DNA from: Lingula anatina
Taxonomy: Eukaryota; Animalia; Brachiopoda
Assembly (NCBI GenBank): GCA_051362555.1
Contig: CM120640.1
Span: 22,864,225 to 22,928,224, forward strand
Direction of reading: 5' to 3'
Length of the DNA: 64,000 nt
Each line of letters opens with the position of its first letter. Within the stretch, counting starts at the first letter, position 1. Made by a program: the position numbers and the translations under genes. The notes beneath the pieces are model-generated. The model did not search any database. It had not been told where the DNA came from and saw only the letters and a program-made list of their open reading frames with translations. Shown here one piece after another: positions 1-14,900 of this stretch.

Positions 1-842
1 AAGATAGGTCAAGGGTCAATTTCAAGGTCACAGTAAATTGCCAGTATATGACTTCCTATTCAAGTTCAAGAGTAACTATGGACCTATCTCTGTCAAGTTT
101 GAAGTTAAAAGAGAAAGAAATAAGCAGAGTTCACTTCATGATAAAAAGTAGGTCAAAGGTCAATTTCAAGGTCACACTTAGATTGCCAGTATAGGACTTC
201 CTATTCAAGTTCAATAGTAACTATGGACCTATCTCTGCCAGTTTTGGAGATAAAAGGGAAGCAAAATTTGCAAAGTTCAGTTCATGGTGAAAAGTAGGTC
301 AAAGGTCAATTTTAAGGTCACATTTAGATTGCCAGTATATGACTTCCTATTCAAGTTCAATAGTAACTATGGACCTATCTCTGCCAGTTTTGGAGATAAA
401 AGGAAAGCAAAATTTGCAAAGTTCAGTTCATGGTGAAAAGTAGGTCAAAGGTCAATTTTAAGGTCACATTTAGATTGCCAGTATATGACTTCCTATTCAA
501 GTTCAATAGTAACTATGGACCTATCTCTGCCAGTTTTGGAGATAAAAGGGAAGCAAAATTTACAAAGTTCAGTTCATGGTGAAAAGTAGGTCAAAGGTCA
601 ATTTTAAGGTCACATGTAGATTGCCAGTATATGACTTCCTATTCAAGTTCAATAGTAGCTATGGACCTATCTCTGCCAGTTTCCGAGATAAAAGGGACGC
701 AAAATTTACAAAGTTCAGTTCATGGTGAAAAGTAGGTCAAAGGTCAATTTTAAGGTCACATTTAGATTGCCAGTATATGACTTCCTTTTCAACTTCAATA
801 GTAACTATGGACCTATCTCTGCCAGTTTTGGAGATATAAGGG
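1..842. repeat. Tandem array, ~5.8 copies of a 146-bp unit
   Basis: TAGGTC anchor recurs at 5, 149, 295, 441, 587, 733 (period 146, first interval 144). Units are nearly identical, e.g. GACTTCCTATTCAAGTTCAATAGTAACTATGGACCTATCTCTGCCAG. Confidence 0.97.
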
Positions 843-1696
843 ACTAAATGGTATAATTTTGGAGTTACCATAGTGTGCCATAAATTTCCTACAGAAAAAA
901 ATTAATTAAGATAAAGAAAAGGTCATTTTGGTCAAAATTCTTGAAATGGGAGGTGCTTTGAAGTTCCAGATGTTCAAATTTGATGAAATAATGTCATTTT
1001 TGACCACAAGTTGTCTGCTTTGCCAAGCCCGCACATTTTGCTTTCACCACCAGTATATGACTTTTTGATAAAGCGTAACTCGAAAACCGTATGGAATACA
1101 AAAAAACGGAGACCACCTCCAGTGTTGGGCTTTACATGCTCTACAAAATTAAAATAAGAATGGGTGCCTAGCATTAACTGTTCCCGAATTAGAGACAATT
1201 TTCAGTTTTGATATCTTATGGCCGCTACTCCCGTGAAAATGCACCGATTGACCCCAAATTCACGGAGATGAAAGATGACCCGAAGGGTAACACTTTCCAT
1301 TAATATTATTAGTTAAGTCTGTGTGGTGTCTGAATAAGAGCGCAAAAAAATTTTTTTTCGGCAAAAATTTTGTTTTTTTGAAAATTTTGGCCCGTTTGAC
1401 CTTGAAATAAAGGTCAAAGGTCAAATCCAAGGGCATATTTGAAATCTACACATATGACTTTTGGAAAGCTGTCTGTAGAAATTTTTCCCATAATTCCTTC
1501 CGTAGGGGAGATAATTAGCATTTAATTTTGCCATTTTTGGACAATGGTGCATTGCAATGAGTGCCACACCTAGACCCCAATACCGACAAAGCCCAAATTT
1601 TACGTGGAACGAGTTGAGATTATAGGTGACCTAAATCCAAGAGATGGGTATGGAGGCCCTTACCGTCTAGGAGGAGAAGCGGTAACGGTGACTTGG

Positions 1697-1766
1697 CGGC
1701 GGAGCCGCAGGAGCCGGCGGAGCTGCAGGAGCCGGCGGAGCCGCAGGAGCCGGCGGAGCCGGCGGA
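1697..1766. repeat. 9-bp GC-rich minisatellite (GGAGCCGCA/GGAGCCGGC)n
   Basis: Directly visible; it produces the spurious RRSRRS ORF at 1604-1996. Confidence 0.9.
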
Positions 1767-1869
1767 ACATACGGGTCGGGACTAAAACCATGAGTACCGC
1801 CAGCGCCTACGCTGGTGGTACAATTAATCTAATGGCTGCATTGCACGCTACATTGAAAGTATCACTTAC

Positions 1870-4092
<2,223 letters not shown>

Positions 4093-4140
4093 TTAAGGAA
4101 CACTGCACATCAAAGATTACTAGTAGTCTGATATATTACA

Positions 4141-4365
4141 CCCCATTTCCATAAAGTTTTAGATCGATCTATCCCTGTGGGGAGTCTCAGTAGATTACTG
4201 TCAGCTTGGCCAGCTTAAGCGTCTGTCCCGCCTACTAAAAGCTGTAAGGGGGTAATTAACTATGGTGTCCGCTCGGCTGACTGCAATTTAGCCTGAACCC
4301 CCAGGGAGTTAGGTCGACCTAAAACTTAATCTTTAGATCGATCTAAATCTCTGGGAAAGCAACCA
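4141..4365. mobile_element. Fold-back (palindromic) MITE-like element, copy 1
   Basis: Imperfect inverted arms (AGTTTTAGATCGATCTA.TCCCTG..GTCAGC vs GCTGAC..CAGGGA..TAGGTCGACCTAAAACT) around the core GCCTACTAAAAGCTGTAAGGGGGTAATTAACT (4230-4261), shared with 48458-48488. Boundaries are approximate. Confidence 0.6.
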
Positions 4366-4990
4366 TAGACTGCATTCAGAACAGATGATCCACGGACTAA
4401 CTAATCTGCCGAATAAATATGGCTGACCCACTTGCCTACTAAATATGGCTTACCCAATTCAAAAGCAATGGATCATCAAGACAATAAAATCTGAAATCTC
4501 TACCTTTCTTTTAAAGAAAGAGAAACAACATCCTGCTTCAGGACAAAATCTCACATTCAAAACATAAATAAGTCATTATGTTACGATTATCCCATCACAA
4601 TTCAATGCCATCCTTTTAATGATAAAACAATACCAATGACAGAATTTATTTCAGAAAAGAAACTTGACTGCTATAACGTTTTACAGCACTTTATCTCTTA
4701 CAAGAAATTGGGGAACAATGCCCATGTCTACAGATCAGTTACTATTAGCTTCAGTAAAGTCAATAACATTATCCCTTCTGCACCAAATTGTTCTCATGTG
4801 ATCAGAAGTTGACATCATGCAAAGCATTTTTTTAGTAGTAACCCAACAATGTGAAAAAACTTTGAGATATGGTATGTGGACTTCATTAAAAGCATTGGTA
4901 TGACTTGACATAACTGAAACATGTACAACAATGGCAATTAGTTCAAATATATTAAGGACTATGCAAGCCCTAATATTCACTACATAAATG

Positions 4991-5039
<49 letters not shown>
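4991..5039. repeat. (ATA)n microsatellite
   Basis: Direct inspection; source of the poly-Ile ORF 4735-5073. Confidence 0.95.
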
Positions 5040-5439
5040 GACCAAAGCTATGTACAGCACTGCAAGGATTCACATATATTTAGCCCTTTTAAACCGTATT
5101 AGTGACATTAATGATCTAAAAATTATGTTACTTTTATATGATATGACATCATATATATGATATGACATGAATTTTAAGAAACTCCTAGTTTACAGAAGCA
5201 GTAGCATATCACCAAGTAGAATAAAATAAACTTTGGTTGGTAAAATGTACATTCAAATAACCAACTTTCCTTTTAAAGGACTTGAATGCTGTACTGTATA
5301 TATAACTCTTTCCCAACAACACCTGTTACAGACGTAAAGGTGACTTGGCAAGCTCTTCTCAGTATGAAGAGGTATTTCCCAACCAATGATGGAAAAGGAA
5401 TTAAATCATCACTTTATAGAACCACACACATACACTTAA

Positions 5440-5462
5440 ACACACACACACACACACACACA
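5440..5462. repeat. (CA)n microsatellite
   Basis: Direct inspection. Confidence 0.9.
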
Positions 5463-5869
5463 TGATGTTCAGGGCATTTAAAGGTGAAATCAATAACGGA
5501 CACATGGCCACAAATAAAAGCTGACAGAATTTGCACACATATTTTCCAATGGTTTTCTCTAAAGTTCTGTCAAATCATGGTCTATTATACAACAGAACCT
5601 GTTTTGCTCATCACATTCGTAATGCTTTCAAAGACGACATTCCTGGAACATGATCTCACCGTTATCGCTAAAAATTTAACCTCACCTGACATGGATTCTC
5701 ACATTGTTTCTAGTCTTACATTACATCATGCTGTGCCAAAAGTCTGGTTTTATGCTATCTTGCTTGATTCACATTTAAGATTGACTAGACTGTTACTTTG
5801 GGATGGTCAATGGTTGCAGAAATTTTGTGAGTGTTTAAAAGATGCATATAATGCCAAATTTTGTGCAAT

Positions 5870-5990
5870 AAAACCTGACCAAATGCCACCAAATAGTTTC
5901 AAATAGCATAACTTGAAAAAAAAGCACTTAATATTTCCAGAAAATAACATTTGAACAGTTATTTTTCTGCATTTTTCTCTATATTCAAAC
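5870..5990 (+). repeat. Dispersed repeat fragment, copy 1 of 3
   Basis: ACCAAATGCCACCAAATAGTTTCAAATAGCATAACTT..ATTTGAACAG.TATTTTTCTGC is shared with 13912-14048 and, more diverged, with 37548-37668. Confidence 0.75.
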
Positions 5991-6400
5991 CCCTACACTT
6001 GCAAACCCCTATGGGACTGATGAAGAGTAAATGTAGGCGAGGAATGACAGTTCAAAGACTATTGAGCTCACTTGGACACCCACCACCTGGCAACCCCATG
6101 GTGATTCCCTGTGACTGATCACAAGAGCAGACAAAAAATTTTTCTCCACTGAAATATATGTATACATATATATAAAGAATAATATATATAGCTTTGCAAT
6201 TTAACATGCAAAACCTAATATACACCTATCCGACAATACAGCAAACAGACTTGATTTAAAAACAAGTTAGACTTACTTTATACCCGACACCTGCAGAAAC
6301 CCCCCCTTTTTTTGAAGCAGTCATCACAAAGATTTTAAGTCTTAACAAAAAGTGGTGTATATATAAACTCAGTCATATAGATCTATATGCCATACAAAAT

Positions 6401-6402
6401 AA

Positions 6403-6441
<39 letters not shown>

Positions 6442-6442
6442 A
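6401..6442. repeat. (AATA)n microsatellite
   Basis: Direct inspection. Confidence 0.9.
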
Positions 6443-7493
6443 GGTGTTACTGAAAACTATGACAAACAAGATGACAACCTATTCCATGCACCTATAAGTA
6501 TCCATACTTGTTCAAGTCCTTCCACTTATATTCACCTTCTTTGTGTATAGTGCCTCAAGCTACCACAGAGCTAACTTAGCTCATTAGGCACTGATATAAA
6601 GATGTAGTTCTAGTTAATTTGTATTGCCATTATTAGTGCGAAATAGATCATGTATTCAGTCAGACTGTCATTACTGAATTAGACATTTATGTCTTAAAAT
6701 TAACTGACACAACAACAATTTCCTTTCTATGGAATAAACCACACTGACTGCTCATGAAGCAGAGGCTATAAACCAGTATATGGACCAAAGACTACTTCAA
6801 AAGGCTGCAAAAGAAAAGTCAACTATGCAAAGACAATCGAAAATGTGAATTCAAAAACAGGTCAATTCTGCCATATTTTCCTTTTACTAAGTACTTGTTC
6901 ACTTCATGCTAACTTTGGCAGATCAAACAAACATGCATGCTGCAAGCATACATTCTAGACAAATATCAATCACACCAAAGACCAAAATTTAGTTCCCAAC
7001 AATCCTACCTTACAATGACATGTTATGCTGGCAAAAGTTGTGAAAGAAGTTCTGAAACATATAAGGTGAAATACAGTGTATCTGTTTTAAGAAGAGTCTA
7101 AAGTGTGGCTTGAGCACTAGGTCTAAAGTTGTATTTAAAAGTATGGTAAGTTTGTAAGGTGTAGGTTGTACATGTGTCATATATAGCTTGCAGAAAAAGG
7201 GCAGCATTAGGTACATTTGTAAAGCGCAGCTCTGGAAAGTCAACAGGCTAAGCTTCAAAGCTACAAAAGGAACTCGAATATATATTTGTTACAAATGGAG
7301 CATAAAGTGTTGACATAACCTCCACGAGTCAAAGTTTGCCAATTTTATGATCTACACAATGTGTCGGTGGTGAATTTTCATATTTATGGTTGCTGACTTG
7401 CACGAAATATTGCATCCCATTTTACACTTTCTAAAGAAAAAAAAAACGAGGCATTACTTTTCAAGCACTTAAAAAAAGATTCATAAAAAACGA

Positions 7494-7498
<5 letters not shown>

Positions 7499-7528
<30 letters not shown>
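7499..7528. repeat. (TG)n microsatellite
   Basis: Direct inspection. Confidence 0.95.
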
Positions 7529-7531
<3 letters not shown>

Positions 7532-7884
7532 TCGTCGGAGGGGAGGGGAGAGTAGTTCGAGGGCATCTCCCTCGATCTCTAGCAAGCAATTGTCATTTTT
7601 TTGGAGCTGATGCATGAATGGTACATAGAAGCTTTGTCCTAATATGAGTAGGGCACTATCAGCACTTAAAAAGTAAGTTAACGCTATTTCTTTATGCCTT
7701 AAAATCTCGTGGTTATCTTGCAAGTAGCTACTTGAATAATACCTATGTTCACAATCACAATTAACATGGTCTTCGACGCCATAATCGACTAGAAAAGTGC
7801 ACCGCATATATTCTAATGTGTGCCTCCAGAACATGCTCTGACGCTAGCATCTCATACAGGACAAGTATATTTGCTTGTATGAAT

Positions 7885-8297
7885 ACTCACGGTGACAACG
7901 AATGCTGTATTTCTGTGCAATGTGTTTTTTCTTCGAATGTATTTTCCTGTCAGCTGAGACGGATCGTAGACTGACGTCACGTCATAACATTGCGGTGCAT
8001 TGTGGGGTAAATCACTTGTTATTTACGTTTTTTATTTCTTTAATATATCGTTAGTTATGTCTTTGTTTAACGTCATATAAACTCTTGATAAAAAGTGTTT
8101 ATAAAATACATATGTTGTTCACTGATTGCTTTTAATATTGATACAACGAAGTCGAAAGTCAATGTAGATATACCAGACACAAAAGCTGCATTTGATAGAA
8201 CAGCAGCAAGTGAGCTGTTCCAGTGATACCCCACCAATTTTATGCAAATTAACGTCTCGTGGCTTGTAATGGCGCTCGATCTGTGAAATCGGTAAGG
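7885..8297. promoter_or_regulatory. Probable bidirectional promoter and non-coding first exons of PCMTD (-) and L3MBTL (+)
   Basis: Local CpG enrichment. Minus-strand donor GTGAGT at 7890-7885 and plus-strand donor GTAAGG at 8292-8297 face outwards. Between them: CRE TGACGTCA (7972-7979), ZNF143/Staf-like TGCATTGTGGG (7996-8006), CCAAT (8234-8238), octamer ATGCAAAT (8242-8249) and YY1-like AATGGCG (8268-8274). Confidence 0.6.
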
Positions 8298-11200
8298 AAA
8301 TTTTTACTGTTTCCTTCGATTTTATATTTCAAAACAATATTGCACACTTTTAATCGATGTTGTTATACAAGATTGTTCATAGTTCTTTACTTTGGTGTAT
8401 GTTGAGCAGTGATGTAAGTAATCTGTAGCTTAAAATTTGATGTTGAAAGTGTAGTTTTTGGTCGACTTCTCTTTTCGTGGGTATGACTTTTTCGGGAACA
8501 GCCCCAAGTAATAGACTGAAAAATCGACTTTGACATTTACTTTTCAAACCGAGGAGATGGTATGTTTATTAGATAATTATGTTTTATGGCAGCTTAGGTG
8601 TGTGTTTTCTTGTTTTGCCGTTGTTGAACAAAGTAAAACGCGAGAAACGATCGTTCACATCATGTTTCCATCAATAACGTTACCAGCGAAAACGAGGCGA
8701 CGTTTTTCAGATGCTGCGAGAAAGTTAATGATAATGAATAATTTCTGTTTTGCAATAGGTCGTTTTAAACAAAAAGTGGGATGGTAATTTCACTTCTGTT
8801 ATGCTTTTGTACCCGTGAAAAATGTGTAAATAACAAAGTGGAATTGATTAAAGAATTGAATGTCAATCGTTTTAAATGAATCATGAATTTCTTTTATCAT
8901 GATTTCCAATGAAAGCCATTTTAATATAAAAAATCATTGGCGTGGGTTAAAACGCATTTAGAAAGAAAAATACTCTTCAGATGTTGGAATTGAAATTTCA
9001 AATTTCTCCATGCTTTCTTCAGAATTGCATATACCATTTAAAGTAAAACATTTTAAAAGAACTGTAACAAAAAACTAAATGGTACTTCAGTTTTATTCCT
9101 TTTCTTTTTATGAATCTACAATGTTATATATTCATCTTCAGTTTTGCCAGTTTAAGTGCAAATCCTGTCACCTTTTAAGAGTGTTTTTTTCCTTTTTGGT
9201 TACAATTTTGGAAATAGTGCTGAAAGATAAGGCTGTTTTGTCACAAGTTGAAATAGCCCAGGTATTGCTCATGCACAATATATCTTTAATATGTATGTGA
9301 CCTAGCTTGCAGATAGCCTGTATATGTGGTTATTTCTATTTTTAGCTTTAGCTGTTTAAGACTTAAGCACAGTTAGGTTTAAATACATCAGTTACTCTGC
9401 AACTTTCATGCAATCATTTTAGGCTTCATAAAAGTTGAAATAAGCACATATAAAAGGTCACTAAAACATTTTTGAAACTGATGACTTTTGATATTTTGTT
9501 TCAAATTATTGATTAAATTTTAAGGTGAAAATCAGTTTTAAAGGACAAAAATATAAGGTGCAGCAGCTGAAAAAACTCTTTGTAAATTGAAATCAAATCT
9601 AATTGATTTCTGTAAGGCAGTAATGCTGTAGTGGTGAGAGGCAGCAGTATTGATTTTTTTACTGGTGTATGTATGCAAAACTATTAATATTGAATTGTGA
9701 ATGACGTTGGATGGTTATCTATGGGGAAGACGAAAAAGAAAGGAAAAATTCTTGTACAAATAGCCAAATTCTTTGCCTTTTGATTGTCTTGTAACAATTG
9801 AAGTGACAAGTAATGTTTTTATTTATCCTAATTTAAGGTTGTCCTTGAAGCACAAACCATATTATATGCATCTTTTTGAAAGCTACATATATGTTAAGTA
9901 TCACAATTCCTGCTGTTTGTCAGTATAATTTTAACTGTTCTTAGATGTGTTATTATAAATGAGTTCTTATTTATCATTATTATTATCTTTTTCAAACTAA
10001 ATGAGTTTTATATTTATTAAAATTAAAAAAATTAATTTAATGTTATAAATTTAATCTCATATATACTTCATGTGCTTATTTGCCTGCTAATCAGTTATTG
10101 TATGTTGAATATTTCATCTATCAATATGTGACTTTTTATGAATGTAATTTTGTCCACTAATGAAATACATTGCTCACATAATCAAAAATTTTATGTGAAA
10201 TGTGCCTCCTATTTTTGTGACTTGAATTATAATCAAATCGGCTACTTTATCATATGATTTAATTGTCAACAGTTGAATTCTTTTGTTTATAATATATATA
10301 AATGAAATATAAAGTAAAGGAGAGGCTATGATAGGAAAAACTGACAGCTGTAAAATTGCACCTCAAGGGCGGAGTAAGTTACTTTCAGCGAAGGCTTAAC
10401 TTATTTTACTATTCGAGTTACAGCATCCATGTTTTGTTTGATTTAGTCATTACCATCATGTCTCTATGTGGGTCATATATGATAAAGCATTTGGAATATA
10501 AGACAGCAGATGAATATTTGTTGAGTTTTGGATAGTAAGCAGATAGGGCACTAGGAAAAACAATTTGCCATATAACAAATAATGCACAAACAGAAAAGAG
10601 AAATTCTTATACATAAAGGAAGATATTTGATACTGATAATTTTAGTATCACATTACTCAGTTTGCTTCCTTTAAAAATAAATATATACACGTTGCCCTTC
10701 AATACGAACAAGCACATCTTTACTAGTATGTTGTAGATGCAGGTGCCAACCCAACAAAATGTAAGAGACTGCTTTCTCCTTGTCTGCTGAGAATGGTCAC
10801 TATTGCATATTGTGTTACACCCATTTTGTTCTGCAAGTAGACCAAAATAGTTGTGCCCATTGTAAAGAATAAAAACAGTCTCTGATATATAGAATGTGCC
10901 TGTCCCTTCCCGTAGACATGTTCAGCTTTGTCCTGTCGCTGAATTACATCACAGCGGGGTACATTCCAAGTTAGAATTATCAGATTTTGTAAGCCAAGTA
11001 CAAATTTAAGTTACTTTAATGGTAAATTTTGCAAAATGAATTAATAAATAATTAATTAAACAAATAAAATGATTAATAATAAGAAGTAAAATAATGATAA
11101 CTATAAAATAATTAAATAGAATATCAATGACAAAATAATGATAAAATGCTTAAATGAATAAAAATGAATAAAAACAAATAAATTATAAATAATAAAGATT

Positions 11201-11961
11201 AAAAAAGTGTTTTGTATTTTCTTTAGTCAGATAAGAATATATGTTAAGCATTTGATCATTTTATGGAAATTATTTAAAGAAACTATAAGGTGTGGACAGT
11301 GGCCATTATCTAAACGCCTGTGAAATGAAAATAAAATTAACTTTGTCATGTATCCTTCTTGGAATGAATTACTCATGTTTGCCTGTCACTGGAAAGAAAC
11401 CATGTCAGTGCCCGTCTAAGCCTTTCATAAGTATGTTCTTTAAGCGTAATTTTTTATTAGCCTTTGCTAGATGACAGACTTAAACATCATGAGAGAAAAG
11501 AACCTGTCTTAATCATATGATAAATACCTCAAAAACAGCTTATATTTTCTTCTTACAATTACTAGACCCCATGTACCATTGTTCTTTTTTGAAAAAATAG
11601 AACTTTCTTTCAACATGTGAATTCATTACTGCATTATGGATCATGCTGAAATGGTTAAATATATGTAATATGTCATCTGTTTGTAAAATAATCTTTTGCT
11701 CTGAATAAGTGTATGCTTAAATCAAGTTTTTACATAATGCTTTTTAAAGTCATTTAGTTTTAAGGTGTAGTATTTGGATAAACCTTGAAGGGAAATGTGC
11801 AATACAATAAAATTGAATTTTGCTTTTTATTAGGAAATTTTGTTTTGTGGCACAATTGGAAAATGAAGCTCTCTTAGTCTAAAAGTGGCATAATTTATAG
11901 ATATTACCCTGAGACCTTTTCTGTATAGATTGACTCTTTCCAGTGAAGAACTATCATCAAG

Positions 11962-14900
11962 ATGAACAACCAGCAACAGTTTTTACAGCAGCAGGGGCCA
12001 CAGCAGCAGCCACAGCAACATCCGCCATCTGTTCCCCCATTGGTTCAACATCCTCCTAATGCCCAGCAGTTCATTGCAGTGAACCAGGGGGGAGGTGTCC
12101 AGCAGGGGGCTTTGGACCAGCCCCTCATAGGTCAGCCTCTTATAGGACAGCCTATGGTGGGGACCAGTGGTAGCTTTCCAGGTGCTGTGGTGAGCACTGC
12201 TAGTTTCCAAGGAGGAATAAATCTTACTATATCAAATGGTAAGTAAGGAGATTGATTTAGACATACAAGACAGATAGATGGCCTAAGGTCTAGATATCAC
12301 TTTTTCTTTGCATGTCAGATTTGTATGATCATTACAGTATCATGGGTTAGATGCATAAGCCTCGTTATGTTTTTTGTTAATGTGTCAGAATACGTTTAGT
12401 TTTGTACTTTTAGATTTGTTTATGTTTTAAAATTAAGTTTATTTAACTGATCTTTATTTTTTTTAATCTGTATATTTTTAAGTGTTACCTAAAGATTGAA
12501 ATGAGGCAGCTTTGAAAAAAATTATTTTAGATGGCATGCCAGTAAAATGAAACCAGTTTTGTAGTGAAAAGATTCCTTCACTCTATTTTAAGTTGCCCAA
12601 AGCTGCTTTTAAGTTCATGGATGCATATCCTTTTAAATATAGACATTCCTGCTGATTCTGCTGATGTCATAAGTTCGGTAGATATTTCAGTCTTTAGCAC
12701 AATTCATTACATGCTACAGGAGTAGTGCAATAATCATAGAGTTCAATATGATTTTTTTTATCAGCTATTGCCAAAGCTGCCATTATCTAATATCAAAATA
12801 TCAAGAAAATTATGTTAATCAAGAAGAAAAGCTTGAGTAGACAGGTCTTTCAAAAAAGAAAAATTACAACTTTTAATGTTTCAATTAGTTTACATTTCAA
12901 AAGGGAAGATAAAGTTTTATCACATGATTTCTGACTCACTACATTTAAGTTCAGAATAAAGAAATATATCATTTTCACCTCTTTCTGTTTATTCTGTAGA
13001 TAATTTTGGAGTAATAATGCAGTATGAAGATCAAGCTATTTTTTTTTTTTAATAAGAAAGAAAACTAGAATTTGTAGTCGCATTGCGTAGTCACAGAGTG
13101 GGTGAGAACTATCATGAAAAGATTTTTTTTGAGAAGTCAGAAGATACCACACATTTGTGCTTGGAAGCTTTCATTTCTAACATGATTTGATATATAATAA
13201 TAAACTGGCTGTCATGATAGGTGCTTAACTGAAGGGGGTATCCAATATAATGAACCAGCATAAAGAAAATTGTTAAATGCTGTCCCATGTTTTCCTATGA
13301 CAGATAAACATTGGATGGGGAGATATCACAAGTGGGCTTTCCAATTTCTGATATGAAAAGAAGTGAACCAGGAAGTGAATGATATTTTAACCAAACAATA
13401 AGTACGTGGTTGGTTTATGATATTCAGTATAGATTGAGAGAAATTTTCCAGAGAAGAATGTTATCTTTGTGGAACTTGAATTAAAACTTGTAAGTTACTC
13501 TTAACTTGTCACTGAAAGCAGTATTTGTTGATGTATTTTCATTCTCTCTATTACTGGAGTGTTTGCCTATTTAAAAGCATTTTTGAAAATAATACTGCAG
13601 GATGAGCATTTGTGCAAATAAAGATGATATTACAGGGTGAGGAGACCCAGACCCATAATGTGTTAAATTTTTTTACTGTTAGAGGTGATCAGCCCTATTA
13701 TTAACATACCATAGTATGGTATGTAAATTAATTTATGATGCAAAAGGTGATTGGAGAGGAAGCCATTCATGTTGTAGATTGACAAGGCAAAGATGTAATA
13801 CATTAATCAGGGCAGAAATAATAGATATTTTAAGAACATTGAAACATTGACATATTAGTTTCTTACTTTTTTTTAGCAAGTTAAAGGTGCTTTTTGAGAC
13901 GAGTTGACTTTGTAGCAAATCCAACCAAATGCCACCATATAGTTTCAAATAGAATAACTTAAAAAATACCAAAGGACATTGTTATGTATCTTCCAAATAT
14001 ATTTGAACAGATATTTTCTGCTTTCTTTCTGTGCTATATGTATAACCCTGGTTTGTTTTCATTTGAATAATGATGGTATGGTGCATGCATCTGTAATGCA
14101 CCATACATTACTTAATCATATGGCTGACTTTTTCCTACTGGGGGACAGATAAGTAGGTAAAATTTACAATTACAAACAAAAATGTGAAGAAAGTGCATTT
14201 TTAATGTCTTTTATGGCTGATGGACTGATTAATGTCGGTTTATTTTGGCATGCCGACTTTATTTGAGTTGTGTGAAATACTGGTAGTATTGATTTACATA
14301 GGTTAAAGGGAATCTTGCTTCATATGTAACTTAAAGTTTTTAACAAATACTTACAACATTGATAACCTTTACTCTCTTTTCTCCAACTTGGCACTGGTTT
14401 ACCTAAACATGCTCATTTTAAGTCATTGGTTAAGTGCCTGTATATTATGCTTCTTTTATGGCTTCTGTAGTAAAAGTGTTGGGTTTTTCCCCCCAGGGGC
14501 CATCAATATTCGACCCTCTACCAGTGGGAGTGGGGTAGCTATGTCCAGGCCTGATGATGGCACCCCCCTTGTAATCCCTCAAACTGCTTTGGTGGCGGGT
14601 AAGGATCTTTTGGCTGTAGAGTGCTTTTGTAGCACCCACTGCATGTTTTAAGACTAGATAGTCATTCATAGTGATAAATTTTTATTTGTTTTTATTTTGC
14701 CTCTAGAGGTATGGTTTCAGTTTTCTTATTTGTGGGATTTTTAATGCACCAGCTGACTCAATGTTCTGAATATGCCTGGTTATGAGGAATATATATGTTT
14801 TCAACTTTTCAGCCACCATGGGTTCTCAGATGACTCCTGTGATGACTACTTCTGGTCTCCGCCTGCCCACATCACTACAGCCTGGCCAACTGGTCAACCT

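Larger units (their letters stand above)
1..1827 (+). mobile_element. Non-autonomous Helentron/HINE-like (DINE-1/pearl-type) element, 5' end outside window, lying in a PCMTD intron
   Basis: Modular layout: internal 146-bp tandem array (1-842), unique middle with TGACCT..AGGTCAAAGGTCA (1397-1423), GC-rich 9-bp minisatellite (1697-1766), then a terminal hairpin GTACCGCCAGCG-ccta-CGCTGGTGGTAC (1794-1821) followed by AATTAA. This order is typical of Helentron-derived elements in invertebrates. Family assignment is by architecture only. Confidence 0.65.

Noticed and set aside
1-842. CRISPR-like regular repeats
   Set aside because: Whole 146-bp units repeat with no unique spacers, the context is eukaryotic and no cas genes are present.
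4735-5073. Hydrophobic poly-Ile ORF
   Set aside because: Product of the (ATA)n microsatellite.
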